Part shown: piece by piece, positions 1-10,310 of the stretch
Layout: each line of letters opens with the position of its first letter
How positions within the stretch are numbered: the first letter of the stretch is position 1
Source of the DNA: an uncultured Gammaproteobacteria bacterium
GTDB taxonomy: Bacteria; Pseudomonadota; Gammaproteobacteria; UBA4575
Assembly: GCA_943789445.1 (NCBI GenBank)
Contig: CALSUC010000002.1
Span: 460,256-524,255, forward strand
Reading direction: 5' to 3'
DNA: 64,000 nt
Program-made: the position numbers and the translations under genes
Notes under the pieces: generated by a model
Databases searched by the model: none
Told to the model about the DNA's origin: nothing
The model's input: only the letters and a program-made list of their open reading frames with translations

Positions 1-666
1 GCTGATCAGGGTGATTTCGTGAGTAAATCAGGGTACTGGGCGCAATCAGATGGTCAGTATATCCATATAAAACAAATTGAAGATGGCCGTACGCCATATG
101 ATATTGAGCTTTTTGAATTTACAGCAGATTATCGTCTGCGACGTTACTTGACCGCCAGTTATGCAGATATTCAAAGCCAAGAGCAATGGCTTTTACATGA
201 TGTGAGTGAAAAGACCTTGGTTGGTGAAAGGATGCAGCAGAAAAACCATGACACGCTGCAATGGCAATCTTTTCTATCAGCTGAGCAGCTAGGCGTGATT
301 ATTTCCAGCCCACAGGCGCTCTCAATTACTGATCTGAACCAGTTTGTGCAAGGTTTGAAGCAACGTGGTGAAAAATCCTATCCTTTTGAAGTCTTGTTCT
401 GGCAGAAGCTAATGTCACCGCTAGCAGCCGGTATTATGATCGTGTTGGGTTTGTCTTTTGTTTTTGGGTCACAGAGACAGGTGAGTACGGGGCAGAGGAT
501 TACGATTGGCGTACTGACTGGGATGGGTTTCTATGTTTTCAGCCAAATGATCAATCATCTTGGCTTTGCCCTTGGCTGGCAGCCACTACTGGTGGCTGGA
601 TCACCTAATGCGATTGCGATTATTGCCTTGTTATTATTGGCATACCTACGCCAGGCTAAGGCTTAG
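1..666 (+). CDS. lptG: LPS export ABC permease LptG, 5'-truncated by window edge (C-terminal ~220 aa)
   Basis: The reading frame is open from base 1. The C-terminal TM-rich region and periplasmic domain match the LptF/LptG permease family (GIMIVLGLSF...GFALGWQP). Confidence 0.7.
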   Translation, partial: ADQGDFVSKSGYWAQSDGQYIHIKQIEDGRTPYDIELFEFTADYRLRRYLTASYADIQSQEQWLLHDVSEKTLVGERMQQKNHDTLQWQSFLSAEQLGVIISSPQALSITDLNQFVQGLKQRGEKSYPFEVLFWQKLMSPLAAGIMIVLGLSFVFGSQRQVSTGQRITIGVLTGMGFYVFSQMINHLGFALGWQPLLVAGSPNAIAIIALLLLAYLRQAKA

Positions 667-1646
667 AGTGCCGTTCGCTTGCTGTTAATAAATAAACCCT
701 GCTGCCTATCGTAGGCAAAGTCTTGGTATGACAGATGCCATTGTTTATCTTCTTGGCGTATTTCAAAAATTAGATATTGGGCGCGGTAGGGCTGTGCTTG
801 ACTGATGCTGCTGCAAGACGCGGCCCCAACTACGGGAATACTACGTTCTTCGTCTATCTGTAGCCTGTCATGAAAACGGCTATGGGCATGGCCATGCAGG
901 ATGAGTTCAACGGGTGTGTCGATTAAAGCCTCTATTAGCTCTTCTTGATTGATCAGCTCTTTGCGTGCCTTGACATGATTCTTGCTGACTGGGTGATGAA
1001 TCAAGAGCACTTTGCATAGGTTAGTGAGTTCTGGACGTTTTAATAGGGTCTTTAGTTTATTGATTTGTGCTGAGCTAATCTTCCCTGTTGCTTTAAACCA
1101 GGGGGCAGCAAAGACACTGGATAGACTGATGAAGGCAACTGGTCCTCGTATACGGACATGTGGATACATATTATTTAATGTGCTTAAGGCATCTTGCTCT
1201 AAAGCCTCATCTGGCTGTGGCATGTCATCGCCCAACATATAAGGCTGCCAATGATGAAAGGAGTGCTCCCAGCGAGCATTGACATAGAGGTCGTGGTTGC
1301 CTGGGATGACAGTGAGATTATCTGGTGTGGAGATCTGCTCTAGCCAGCTAGCGACCTGTTTAAATTCATCTTCTAGGCCAATATGGGTGAGATCTCCAGT
1401 CACCACATAATGGTCGATATGCTGTTGTTTCAATTGAGCGATGGCTATCTCTGCAATCTCACGTTGATGTGTATTACGACGTTTTTTTAGCCATGATAAA
1501 TAGCCTAGAAAGCGCTTGTTGAAGAGGTCTAAGGCCGATGCATTTTTGAGGTGCGAGAGATGAGGATCCGAAAGTTGCGCAAATCGGAAAGACTCATTAG
1601 CATGCGCTCCTTTTTTAGTGGTATCGTAATTCGAATTAATAGTCAT
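663..1646 (-). CDS. Calcineurin-like metallophosphoesterase
   Basis: Metallophosphoesterase motifs are present: (F)AQLSDPHL, GDLTH, GNHD and GHAH. It is divergent from the lipid operon, with only ~20-50 bp between the start codons. Confidence 0.75.
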   Translation of the reverse strand: MTINSNYDTTKKGAHANESFRFAQLSDPHLSHLKNASALDLFNKRFLGYLSWLKKRRNTHQREIAEIAIAQLKQQHIDHYVVTGDLTHIGLEDEFKQVASWLEQISTPDNLTVIPGNHDLYVNARWEHSFHHWQPYMLGDDMPQPDEALEQDALSTLNNMYPHVRIRGPVAFISLSSVFAAPWFKATGKISSAQINKLKTLLKRPELTNLCKVLLIHHPVSKNHVKARKELINQEELIEALIDTPVELILHGHAHSRFHDRLQIDEERSIPVVGAASCSSISQAQPYRAQYLIFEIRQEDKQWHLSYQDFAYDRQQGLFINSKRTAL

Positions 1647-1666
1647 CTCAGTGTCGACTCAATCTG

Positions 1667-2953
1667 TTGATTGTCGACCTTAACAAAAATAAAGCACATA
1701 TGTACTACCATCTTGTTAAACAATGCGGTGTTCCTCTTTGGGGTGTCAGCCCAGAGCAACGAGTCGCAAAAAATCTGGAAAAAGTAGGCGCCTTCGAACA
1801 GGTCGATGATCTTAGGTCATTGCAGCCTGATGATGCCATTTTAATCTTACGTTTAGACTATCTCTATGATGCCTACCTGCTGACTAAATTAGTTGCACAA
1901 CCCCATGTCAGTAGTAGCACACTTTTGAGTGATTCAAGTCAGGGTGCCTTGGTTGCAGCATGGACTTCGGTAGCAGCAGCGTCCCGCTTATTGACGCGGA
2001 TTGAGAATGAAGATATGGCTCAAGTGGTCGCTGAGGAAGAGGGTGATGCTGTCTCATTATTCTCACCGGAAGCACTGACTGGTGGATATGACCCTAAATT
2101 ACGTAAATTCAATCTATCGCATGTGGTTAAGGTAGTAGCAGAAGATCAGGTTCAGATTGAGAATTACCTCTACGATAAATCCTATAAAGGCATTACCGAT
2201 TTCGTCACTAAATGGTTTTGGCCAATACCCGCGAGACGTGTGGTAAGAAGTTGTGTTGAGAAGAATATTAGCCCGAATAAAGTGACCTCTATTGGTTGGT
2301 TGTTGACCGTGATTGCGGGTGTGCTTTTTTATCAAGGGCAGTTTGCTCTAGGATTGTTAGCGGCATGGCTGATGACTTTTTTGGATACCGTAGATGGTAA
2401 GTTGGCACGAGTCAGTTTGCAGTCAAGTAAGCTTGGACATTGGATGGATCATGGACTAGATATTATCCATCCACCCATATGGTATTGGTGCTGGGCACAG
2501 GGTTTGGCGCTAGATGAATTCAATGTTTTTGGACAGATGATTGCACTCGATAGCTTGCTCATCGTCATGTTACTCGCCTATGTTGGCGGTCGTCTATTTG
2601 AAGGTTTATTTCAGATCTCATTCGATAATATTGAGATTTTCTGCTGGAAGCCGATTGATTCTTATCATCGTTTATTCACCGCTAGACGTAACCCTTGCAT
2701 GGTGCTGCTTAGCATAGCGATATTTTTGATTAGCCCGCAGGCTGGCTTTATATGGGTTGTGCTTTGGAGCGCCTTATCCACTATTTTGCTTGCGCTAAGG
2801 TTTTTGCAGGCAGTGTTCTACCGTCTATTAGTCGGTCGTTTACGACCATGGATTGAAGATGTCGACCCAGAGCAGCCGAACCCATCACAGGTGATTCAGT
2901 GGTTTACTGGGCAACAAGCGATTACTACAATTTCTTCGCTGATTAAGCGATAA
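1667..2953 (+). CDS. CDP-alcohol phosphatidyltransferase family protein with ~200-aa N-terminal soluble domain of unknown function
   Basis: The canonical D-x2-DG-x2-AR...G-x3-D-x3-D motif is present (DTVDGKLARVSLQSSKLGHWMDHGLD), followed by a multi-TM C-terminus. The N-terminal half has no recognisable motif. An alternative start at ATG 1700 is possible. Confidence 0.7.
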   Translation: MIVDLNKNKAHMYYHLVKQCGVPLWGVSPEQRVAKNLEKVGAFEQVDDLRSLQPDDAILILRLDYLYDAYLLTKLVAQPHVSSSTLLSDSSQGALVAAWTSVAAASRLLTRIENEDMAQVVAEEEGDAVSLFSPEALTGGYDPKLRKFNLSHVVKVVAEDQVQIENYLYDKSYKGITDFVTKWFWPIPARRVVRSCVEKNISPNKVTSIGWLLTVIAGVLFYQGQFALGLLAAWLMTFLDTVDGKLARVSLQSSKLGHWMDHGLDIIHPPIWYWCWAQGLALDEFNVFGQMIALDSLLIVMLLAYVGGRLFEGLFQISFDNIEIFCWKPIDSYHRLFTARRNPCMVLLSIAIFLISPQAGFIWVVLWSALSTILLALRFLQAVFYRLLVGRLRPWIEDVDPEQPNPSQVIQWFTGQQAITTISSLIKR

Positions 2954-2971
2954 AGCATAGACTAAATTAGT

Positions 2972-3940
2972 ATGGATGCAGCTATTTCAATTACAGCGAT
3001 TAGCAACCCTAATAGTGGCCTGAATAAGCGCGGACAGTTTCGTCGTTTTTGTGAGGTGGTTGAATTATACCCACAGGTCCAACATGAGGTGACGTCGGTA
3101 GAAAGTGATATGGATCACGTCTTAGAGGCGTGTCAGCACGCCGCGATCCCAGTGATTGTTGTTAATGGTGGTGATGGCACTTTGCACAAAGTATTAAGCT
3201 TTTTGTCACGATCAGCCGCACAAGGGTATATGCCTAAATTAGCTATAATACGCGCAGGCACGACGAACATGACCTTTGGCGATATTGGATTGAAAGGTGA
3301 TTTAGCCGAACTATTTAAAGACCTTTTGGCTTATGTCTCAGGCCAAAAAAATAAAGTTAGAGAGTGCTCTAGGCCTATCTTGCGCATGCGAATACCGGCT
3401 GAAAATAAGGAAGTATGTGGTATGTTCTTTGGTGCAGGAGCGGTCTATTCAGGTATTTTATATTGTCGGCAGAATATTCATACGCGTGGTATCGCGGGTG
3501 AGTTTGGGCCAACATTAGCCATCTTGCGCTATCTCTTAGACTGGATCACTCGTGGCAAACTGATTCAATCTGCGGTGGGGCAGGCGCAGATTGATGAACA
3601 GTCTGTTATTGAGGGTGAATTTACAGTCATTTTGGCCTCTACTCTGCAACGCCTTATTGGAGGAATTTATCCATTTTGGGGTGATAGCAAATTCAACAAT
3701 GAGTTGGCCCTAACATTGATTAAATCCAATTCAAAAAAGTCATTGTTATCAAGTTTGCGGATACTACGTGGGCGGGCACCATGCAGAAATGATGATGGTT
3801 ATATGAGTGTGAAGGCAAAGGCAGTTAGGTTAATGATTAGGGGTGGCTTTACTTTAGATGGTGAGTTATTCGGTGGTGAAAATAAGGACAGTGAAGTATT
3901 TCTTGATGCTAATGCAATGGCACACTTTCTTACTCGATGA
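2972..3940 (+). CDS. YegS/DgkB-like lipid kinase (DAGK_cat superfamily)
   Basis: It carries the diacylglycerol-kinase catalytic-domain signature VVNGGDGTLHKV and is about 320 aa. An 18-bp gap separates it from the upstream gene. Confidence 0.7.
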   Translation: MDAAISITAISNPNSGLNKRGQFRRFCEVVELYPQVQHEVTSVESDMDHVLEACQHAAIPVIVVNGGDGTLHKVLSFLSRSAAQGYMPKLAIIRAGTTNMTFGDIGLKGDLAELFKDLLAYVSGQKNKVRECSRPILRMRIPAENKEVCGMFFGAGAVYSGILYCRQNIHTRGIAGEFGPTLAILRYLLDWITRGKLIQSAVGQAQIDEQSVIEGEFTVILASTLQRLIGGIYPFWGDSKFNNELALTLIKSNSKKSLLSSLRILRGRAPCRNDDGYMSVKAKAVRLMIRGGFTLDGELFGGENKDSEVFLDANAMAHFLTR

Positions 3941-4848
3941 AAAATATGGATACAAAGCTACTATTTCAGTGTCTAGATAAACAGCTTATTACTGTCGATG
4001 ATGTGATATTGACGGCGTTTGTTGAGGTGTTGCAACGTAAGTTTGATGCTTCTTTGCGTGCGATTATGTTCTATGGGTCATGTCTGCGTAGCCGCAAATA
4101 TAAAGATGCTATGTTGGATTTCTATGTCATCGTTGATGATTATCAAACAGCTTATGACTCAAAGACACACGCCGTGTTAAATGCCTGTTTAGCACCGAAT
4201 GTATACTTTCAAACAGTTGAAGTTGACGGTGTGAAAGTACAGGCAAAATATGCCGTGCTATCAGAAAAGGATTTACTGCTGCAAACATCTACACGTGCCT
4301 ATCATTCTTATTTCTGGGCGCGTTTTGCACAACCCTTTGCATTAATTTATCAAGCTGATGCACAGGCACGAATGCAGCTTATTCAAGCACAGCTTAATTC
4401 GATTACTACGATCTATACTAAGACTATTGGCCTATTCAACAGCCCTCCAACAGCGCAAGAGTTTTGGGTCGGTGCCTTGCAAAAGACATATTCTGCAGAA
4501 CTGCGTGCTGAAAGTAAGCTGCGCGCTGGTGTGATCTATGAATCAAATCAAAGGCATTATGACGAGGCCTTTAATACGCTTTTAAACATAGGTTTTAGCC
4601 ATTCGTCGCGCACATCGCGGTGGACAGCATGGAATTGGGTTATTCGTGCAGCCTGGGGCAAGTTATTGTCTGTCTTACGCCTGCTTAAAGCGGCAACCAC
4701 CTTTGAAAATGGGGTGGATTACTTGGCCTGGAAGATAGAACGACACAGTGGTGTGCATGTCGAAATTAACGACCGCCATCGAAAACACCCCTTTATATAT
4801 TGTTGGCCCATACTCTGGCGGCTTTGGCGTAAGGGTGCTGTTCAGTAG
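3937..4848 (+). CDS. Putative Tam41/MMP37-like nucleotidyltransferase (candidate CdsA-independent CDP-diacylglycerol synthase)
   Basis: Its start overlaps the kinase stop (ATGA), indicating translational coupling. N-terminal motifs FYGSCL..., DFYVIVDDY, VYFQT and KYAVLSEKDL resemble the Tam41/Mmp37 family. The family assignment was made by eye only. Confidence 0.45.
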   Translation: MKNMDTKLLFQCLDKQLITVDDVILTAFVEVLQRKFDASLRAIMFYGSCLRSRKYKDAMLDFYVIVDDYQTAYDSKTHAVLNACLAPNVYFQTVEVDGVKVQAKYAVLSEKDLLLQTSTRAYHSYFWARFAQPFALIYQADAQARMQLIQAQLNSITTIYTKTIGLFNSPPTAQEFWVGALQKTYSAELRAESKLRAGVIYESNQRHYDEAFNTLLNIGFSHSSRTSRWTAWNWVIRAAWGKLLSVLRLLKAATTFENGVDYLAWKIERHSGVHVEINDRHRKHPFIYCWPILWRLWRKGAVQ

Positions 4849-5025
4849 CACTTTTGTGCGTTGATTATTCGCCCTAATAGTATAAATATACAATTAATTA
4901 GGATATCTCGTAGTGTCTTTGGGCTATTTTTCGGTGTAAATCCCAAGACTTACTGAAATACTTAAGGTTTTTAAAGGAGAGGTTCACGTAAGGATTAGAT
5001 TAAGCAGCTAAGAGGTTAATTTGTT

Positions 5026-5307
5026 ATGGAATTGATTGACTATAATAAGATTAGACTTAAAAAATTAATGATCATTTATGGTAAGCCATCTAATAAAGTG
5101 GCTACTTTAATTGGAACAGTAACCGGTGACCATCTTTCTACCCGCACTGTGCAATCATGGAGTGCAGCACCTGGTTTGGTGAGTGCGCGTCCCTGTCCAG
5201 GTTGGGCCCTGTATATTCTTGAGAATGAATTACAGATGTTAGAAGAAGAGGAGGATGAGGACGTAGCTCCGCTACTGCCCCCTAAACTTCGTAAGCTCTT
5301 GGACTAA
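5026..5307 (+). CDS. Hypothetical small protein with acidic C-terminal tail
   Basis: A 93-aa ORF lies in an AT-rich gap with an AAGAGG-like RBS upstream. Its central segment resembles an HTH (KVATLIG...TVQSWS) and it ends in EEEEDED. It is convergent with ureG. Confidence 0.35.
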   Translation: MELIDYNKIRLKKLMIIYGKPSNKVATLIGTVTGDHLSTRTVQSWSAAPGLVSARPCPGWALYILENELQMLEEEEDEDVAPLLPPKLRKLLD

Positions 5308-5336
5308 GATCGCTGAGGGCTTCTTGATATCTAGGC

Positions 5337-5945
5337 TTAAGTTAGCATGCCTTTGTCTTTGATGAATTGCATGATTTCGGCCAAACCTTCTTCTTTTTTT
5401 AGATTGCTAAATAGAAAGGGTCTTTCACCGCGCATTTTCTTGGCGTCTCTCTGCATGACCTCTAACGATGCGCCTACCAATGGTGCCAAATCTGTTTTAT
5501 TGATGATCAGTAGATCAGACTTGGTAATTCCAGGACCACCTTTACGTGGTATTTTATCGCCTGCTGAGACGTCGATGACATAAATAGTTAAGTCTGACAG
5601 TTCTGGGCTAAAGGTTGCACTTAAGTTGTCGCCGCCACTTTCAATAAAGACGAAGTCTAGGTTTTTAAACTTACTGCAGAGCTCATCGACTGCTAATAGA
5701 TTCATTGAGGCATCTTCACGGATCGCAGTATGTGGGCAGCCACCGGTCTCTACGCCAATAATCCGCTCTTCTTCCAAGGCCTTATTATTAATAAGGAACT
5801 GGGCATCTTCTTTCGTATAGATGTCATTAGTGACGGCAGCTATCTCATAGTCATTCCGCATATTCATACATAATGTGCGTAATAATGCGGTTTTTCCTGA
5901 GCCAACTGGGCCGCCAACACCGATTCGTAAGACTTGTTTTTGCAT
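5337..5945 (-). CDS. ureG: Urease accessory GTPase UreG
   Basis: P-loop [11 protein letters not shown] is present. The length is 202 aa and it is the last gene of the ure cluster. Confidence 0.95.
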   Translation of the reverse strand: MQKQVLRIGVGGPVGSGKTALLRTLCMNMRNDYEIAAVTNDIYTKEDAQFLINNKALEEERIIGVETGGCPHTAIREDASMNLLAVDELCSKFKNLDFVFIESGGDNLSATFSPELSDLTIYVIDVSAGDKIPRKGGPGITKSDLLIINKTDLAPLVGASLEVMQRDAKKMRGERPFLFSNLKKEEGLAEIMQFIKDKGMLT

Positions 5946-5971
5946 TGCTAATATTCCTTTTGTCTGGAGAG

Positions 5972-6694
5972 TTATGACCGAAATAATCGGCTATATTGTT
6001 CTTCGTGATGCATGCTTGCGAATACTAATCCGGGGCAACTGGCACCAATATTGTCGTCTTCTATATCTAAGCTTGCTGTAATAACATCATCTATCAAGGG
6101 TATCAGTTGCTGTAATACATGCTGGCCAGCTGTCTGTCCCAAAGGGATCAGCTTTATGGCAACACTGACTTGATTTTCCAACCAAGCCCAAAGCAACCCA
6201 TGGAGCGCGGCTTGTTCATCTATATGCCATTCAACGCAGGCAAGGCTGAAGATCGTGGCAAAACTACATTCTTGATCTTGCCATGCGATAACTTGGGTCA
6301 GGCCCTGATTCTTCAATAATCGAACTAGAGCCATACCTAGTTGACTGTCTTCAAGACGTAATTCACGAGTTTCTCGACTGGCTAATAAGTAAGCGTTCCA
6401 ATAATGCTGTTGATCTAGATCAGCAGTCTGATGCGCTCGGTATAGGCGCAGAAATAGGGGCAATTCTTGGTATAAAAAGCTTTGCTGTAAAACTATTGTG
6501 AGCCACTGCATGAGATCTTTTTCATTCTCTATGATGCCCTGGTCACAGGCAGATTCTAAACCCTGTGAATAGGCATAAGCACCAACAGGTAAGGCTGGGC
6601 TGCTCAGGCGTAAGAGCTGTAAAAGGGCGCTAGAACTAGTGTGCATGAGAGCTATGATAGGCGCCTGATTCTGGCTCAAAAGGAGCCAGTTCAT
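5972..6694 (-). CDS. ureF: Urease accessory protein UreF
   Basis: The UreF signature [20 protein letters not shown] is present. The maximal ORF overlaps ureE by 59 nt, so the real start is likely the internal Met at 6646. Confidence 0.85.
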   Translation of the reverse strand: MNWLLLSQNQAPIIALMHTSSSALLQLLRLSSPALPVGAYAYSQGLESACDQGIIENEKDLMQWLTIVLQQSFLYQELPLFLRLYRAHQTADLDQQHYWNAYLLASRETRELRLEDSQLGMALVRLLKNQGLTQVIAWQDQECSFATIFSLACVEWHIDEQAALHGLLWAWLENQVSVAIKLIPLGQTAGQHVLQQLIPLIDDVITASLDIEDDNIGASCPGLVFASMHHEEQYSRLFRS

Positions 6695-7094
6695 GGATTA
6701 ATTCGATGCCGAAGGCGACTACCATCTCATCTAACACATGATCTTGTAGATAGCGTGCAAAGGTAGGTTGTATTTCTATCGGTACATGACGATTGCCTAA
6801 ATGGTAACAGCAGCGTGATAGTAGAAGTGGGTCGCTACTCTTTAAGGTACTGACAGCCTCGTCAGCAGCAATGATACGTACAGTTTCATCAGTTTCAGCC
6901 TGCACAATATCTCCACCACGTAGGATGATGCCTCTGGGTAAAAATAAGCCTACTTCTTGGCCGTTATCTAGTCGTGTCTTTAGGCGTGCTTTTTGTCTTA
7001 ATTCAAAGGCCAATGTCAGGCTTAAAGCAGTGTCACTGAATGTATTGTCAATGCTCATACTGGCGGCAGAATAATGTTTAGAGAGAGTGAGCAT
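6636..7094 (-). CDS. ureE: Urease accessory metallochaperone UreE
   Basis: UreE-family similarity (LLPRGIILRGGD, CYHLGNRHVP) and a His-rich C-terminus (HSSHAH). Confidence 0.9.
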   Translation of the reverse strand: MLTLSKHYSAASMSIDNTFSDTALSLTLAFELRQKARLKTRLDNGQEVGLFLPRGIILRGGDIVQAETDETVRIIAADEAVSTLKSSDPLLLSRCCYHLGNRHVPIEIQPTFARYLQDHVLDEMVVAFGIELIHELAPFEPESGAYHSSHAH

Positions 7095-7105
7095 ATTTGA
7101 CCCTA

Positions 7106-8809
7106 TTAGAATAAAAAATAACGTTGTGCCAGTGCGACTTCAGTCGCGGGTTCACAGACTAAAAGCTGACCATCGGCACGGACTTGATAGTTTTGTGGAT
7201 CGACTTCGATATGGGGTTGGTAAGTATTATGGATTAAATCCGCCTTACGTATAGTGCGTGTATTGCTGACCGCGATACACTGTTTTTGTAGACCTAATTG
7301 CTTTGCAATATCAGCTTCCAGCGCCGCTTGCGAAACAAAAGTGAAGCTAGTGGCATGATTGGCGCCAGCATAGGCACTAAACATAGACCGGTAATGCACT
7401 GGCTGCGGTGTTGGAATGGAGGCATTAGGGTCACCCATAGGTGCCGCTGCAATCATGCCTGCCTTCAAGATTAAGGCTGGCTTGGCACCAAAAAACATAG
7501 GGTCCCATAAGACTAGATCAGCCAGCTTACCAACCTCTACTGAACCGACATCTGCCGCGATTCCATGCGTGATGGCCGGATTAATTGTATATTTCGCAAT
7601 GTATCGTTTGGCCCGCATATTATCATTATTCATACTATCTTCTGCTAAGGCACCTCGTTGTTTTTTCATCTTGTCAGCGGTTTGCCAAGTGCGACTAATA
7701 ACTTCACCTACTCGGCCCATAGCCTGTGAATCTGATGCAATCATACTGAAGGCACCCAAATCATGAAGGATGTCTTCAGCTGCAATGGTTTCACGACGAA
7801 TACGTGATTCAGCGAAGGCGACGTCTTCAGCAATCTTGCTATCGAGGTGGTGACAAACCATTAACATATCTAGATGTTCATCAATGGTGTTATGCGTATA
7901 AGGGCGTGTTGGATTAGTGCTGGAAGGTAAGACATTAGCCTCACCACAAGCACGAATAATGTCAGGTGCATGACCGCCACCAGCACCTTCTGTATGGTAG
8001 GTGTGGATGGCGCGGCCTTTAAAAGCAGCAAGGGTATCTTCAACAAAGCCAGATTCATTCAATGTGTCGGTATGGATTGCAACTTGAATATCGTATTGTT
8101 CAGCAACGCTTAAACAGGTATCGATTGCGATAGGGGTAGTACCCCAATCCTCATGTAGTTTAAGGCCCATAGCGCCAGCAATTAGCTGTTCTTCCAGCGG
8201 GGCGGCAACACTCGCATTACCTTTGCCCATAAAACCTAAATTCATTGGGAAGGCATCAGCTGCTTGTAACATGCGATGAATATTCCAAGGGCCTGGTGTA
8301 CAGGTGGTTGCATTGGTGCCAGTAGCTGGTCCTGTTCCACCGCCTAACATGGTTGTGACACCTGACATCAAGGCTTCTTCAATTTGTTGCGGACAAATGA
8401 AATGGATATGTGCGTCGATGCCACCTGCTGTAATAATTTTACCTTCACCTGCAATCGCTTCAGTTCCCGGGCCAATAGCAATATCAATGTCTGACTGGAT
8501 ATCAGGGTTGCCAGCCTTGCCAATGGCTATGATGCGGCCATTCTTGATACCAATATCAGCTTTTACTATGCCCCAGTGATCAAGTATTAAGGCATTCGTT
8601 ATGACGCAGTCAACAACATCTGCAGCACAACCTTGTCCTTGCCCCATGCCATCACGAATGACTTTACCACCGCCAAATTTCACTTCTTCACCGTAGCGTG
8701 CAAAGTCCTTTTCGACTTCGATAATAATTTCTGTGTCACCCAGTCGAATTTTGTCACCGACTGTAGGTCCAAACATCTCTGCGTATGCCCGCCGACTCAT
8801 AGTGCTCAT
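7106..8809 (-). CDS. ureC: Urease alpha subunit UreC
   Basis: The protein is 567 aa and begins [27 protein letters not shown]. Active-site-region motifs match urease alpha. Confidence 0.97.
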   Translation of the reverse strand: MSTMSRRAYAEMFGPTVGDKIRLGDTEIIIEVEKDFARYGEEVKFGGGKVIRDGMGQGQGCAADVVDCVITNALILDHWGIVKADIGIKNGRIIAIGKAGNPDIQSDIDIAIGPGTEAIAGEGKIITAGGIDAHIHFICPQQIEEALMSGVTTMLGGGTGPATGTNATTCTPGPWNIHRMLQAADAFPMNLGFMGKGNASVAAPLEEQLIAGAMGLKLHEDWGTTPIAIDTCLSVAEQYDIQVAIHTDTLNESGFVEDTLAAFKGRAIHTYHTEGAGGGHAPDIIRACGEANVLPSSTNPTRPYTHNTIDEHLDMLMVCHHLDSKIAEDVAFAESRIRRETIAAEDILHDLGAFSMIASDSQAMGRVGEVISRTWQTADKMKKQRGALAEDSMNNDNMRAKRYIAKYTINPAITHGIAADVGSVEVGKLADLVLWDPMFFGAKPALILKAGMIAAAPMGDPNASIPTPQPVHYRSMFSAYAGANHATSFTFVSQAALEADIAKQLGLQKQCIAVSNTRTIRKADLIHNTYQPHIEVDPQNYQVRADGQLLVCEPATEVALAQRYFLF

Positions 8810-8813
8810 AGTT

Positions 8814-9122
8814 TTAATCTAGATCCCCCATTATTTTCCCTTGGAAACCAAATATTTTACGTGCGCCAGCAAGTTCTATTAATTGGACTGTGCGAATTTG
8901 TCCCGGCTCAAATCGCACCGCAGTACCAGCAGGGATGTCTAGACGCATACCTTTAGTCTGCTCACGATCAAAATCTAATGCATTATTGGTCTCGTAGAAA
9001 TGGTAGTGCGAGCCGACTTGTATTGGGCGATCACCCATGTTGGAAACTACTAAGCTTTTGCGTTTGCGCCCAACATTGATCTCAATTTCGCCGTCGGCAA
9101 CGATAATTTCTCCAGGTATCAT
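8814..9122 (-). CDS. ureB: Urease beta subunit UreB
   Basis: It is 102 aa and begins MIPGEI...; it lies immediately upstream of ureC. Confidence 0.95.
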   Translation of the reverse strand: MIPGEIIVADGEIEINVGRKRKSLVVSNMGDRPIQVGSHYHFYETNNALDFDREQTKGMRLDIPAGTAVRFEPGQIRTVQLIELAGARKIFGFQGKIMGDLD

Positions 9123-9137
9123 GCTCTACTCCAATGC

Positions 9138-9440
9138 CTAAATAATCGGTTCATGGACGGTAACTAATTTAGTGCCGTCTGGGAAAGTGGCTTCAACTTG
9201 TACCTCATGAATCATCCCAGCGATGCCATCCATGACGTCTTCTCTAGTTAAAATTTCACGACCATACTGCATTAATTCAGCAACTGTTTTGCCATCACGC
9301 GCACCCTCTAATATCTCACATGAGATGAGTGCAATAGCCTCAGGGTAATTCAGTTTCACACCTCTTTTTTTTCGCTTCTCTGCTAAAAGGCCAGCAGTGA
9401 ATAGTAATAACTTGTCTTTTTCTCTAGGTAATAATTCCAT
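9138..9440 (-). CDS. ureA: Urease gamma subunit UreA
   Basis: It is 100 aa and carries the [21 protein letters not shown]...R signature. Confidence 0.95.
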   Translation of the reverse strand: MELLPREKDKLLLFTAGLLAEKRKKRGVKLNYPEAIALISCEILEGARDGKTVAELMQYGREILTREDVMDGIAGMIHEVQVEATFPDGTKLVTVHEPII

Positions 9441-9461
9441 AATTTTTTCTACCTTTAAGTC

Positions 9462-10310
9462 TTAGGTTAACCAAATTCGTGGGATGCATGCTGGGCGTTT
9501 TAAGACTATTGGTCTGATTGTCTGCCATAGTTCTAAGAATAAGGTTTTAATCTGTTCTGCATAAGTTGCACTGGCGCGAATGACGAATATGTCTTGAATT
9601 ATGCTGCAGCCTGAGCGCAATTCTGGATGTTTTTCTAAAATATCAAGAATGATCTTTTTCTCGATTGTCTCATTATTTGCACGTATCAAAAAACTCCCAA
9701 TAGCCTCTGCAGCATGTAAGCCACAGGGTTGTGTTAAGAGTGGGCTAGAACCATCATAGCGATTACTTTCTATTAATAGTGGTTTGCCGTCTTGCCACAA
9801 TTCTAGAGTCTGAAAAATATGACCTGACTGAAACGAACGAGTTTGAGCAGGTAATCCAAGACATTGGATTTCCCATGCTAGTACACGACTATCTTTGGTG
9901 TAATCAATACGTGTGATGGTTCGTGCTTGGGCAGCATCAAAATAAACTGTCTCTTGTGGCAGCCATTCTATACTCGCACCTTCAGCGCATGTTATGCGTT
10001 GTTCTTGTTTCGCAATTGGTCCAATACTACGGTAGAACTTGGTTGCTCCCGGGGTGGTGATTAAACCATGCGCTTTAGCATCTAGTTTGACATCTAAGCG
10101 CAACTCGTCACCACCAGCGATACCTCCAGGAGGGTGTAATAAAACAACATGACAGCAATCTGACTGTTCTGGATAAAACGGTTTTTGAACCGCAAGTGGT
10201 CCAAAATGTGTTCGGTCAGTTAGAAAGGTTTTTCCATCTTTATTGATGAATTTTAAACGTAAACTAGCTTGCCACGATGAATCCCATATGGCATCTGACT
10301 GTGTGGTCAT
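9462..10310 (-). CDS. ureD: Urease accessory protein UreD/UreH
   Basis: It is 282 aa with UreD-family similarity and lies at the head of the ure structural genes. Confidence 0.85.
   Translation of the reverse strand: MTTQSDAIWDSSWQASLRLKFINKDGKTFLTDRTHFGPLAVQKPFYPEQSDCCHVVLLHPPGGIAGGDELRLDVKLDAKAHGLITTPGATKFYRSIGPIAKQEQRITCAEGASIEWLPQETVYFDAAQARTITRIDYTKDSRVLAWEIQCLGLPAQTRSFQSGHIFQTLELWQDGKPLLIESNRYDGSSPLLTQPCGLHAAEAIGSFLIRANNETIEKKIILDILEKHPELRSGCSIIQDIFVIRASATYAEQIKTLFLELWQTIRPIVLKRPACIPRIWLT

Noticed and set aside
7416-7766. Antisense ORFs inside ureC (116 aa), the SLC13 transporter (41723-42349, 208 aa), moaA (43289-43867, 192 aa), fumC (53369-53911, 180 aa) and other genes
   Set aside because: These are shadow ORFs on the opposite strand of strongly supported genes. 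They have Ala/Ser/Arg-rich low-complexity translations, no RBS and no family resemblance.
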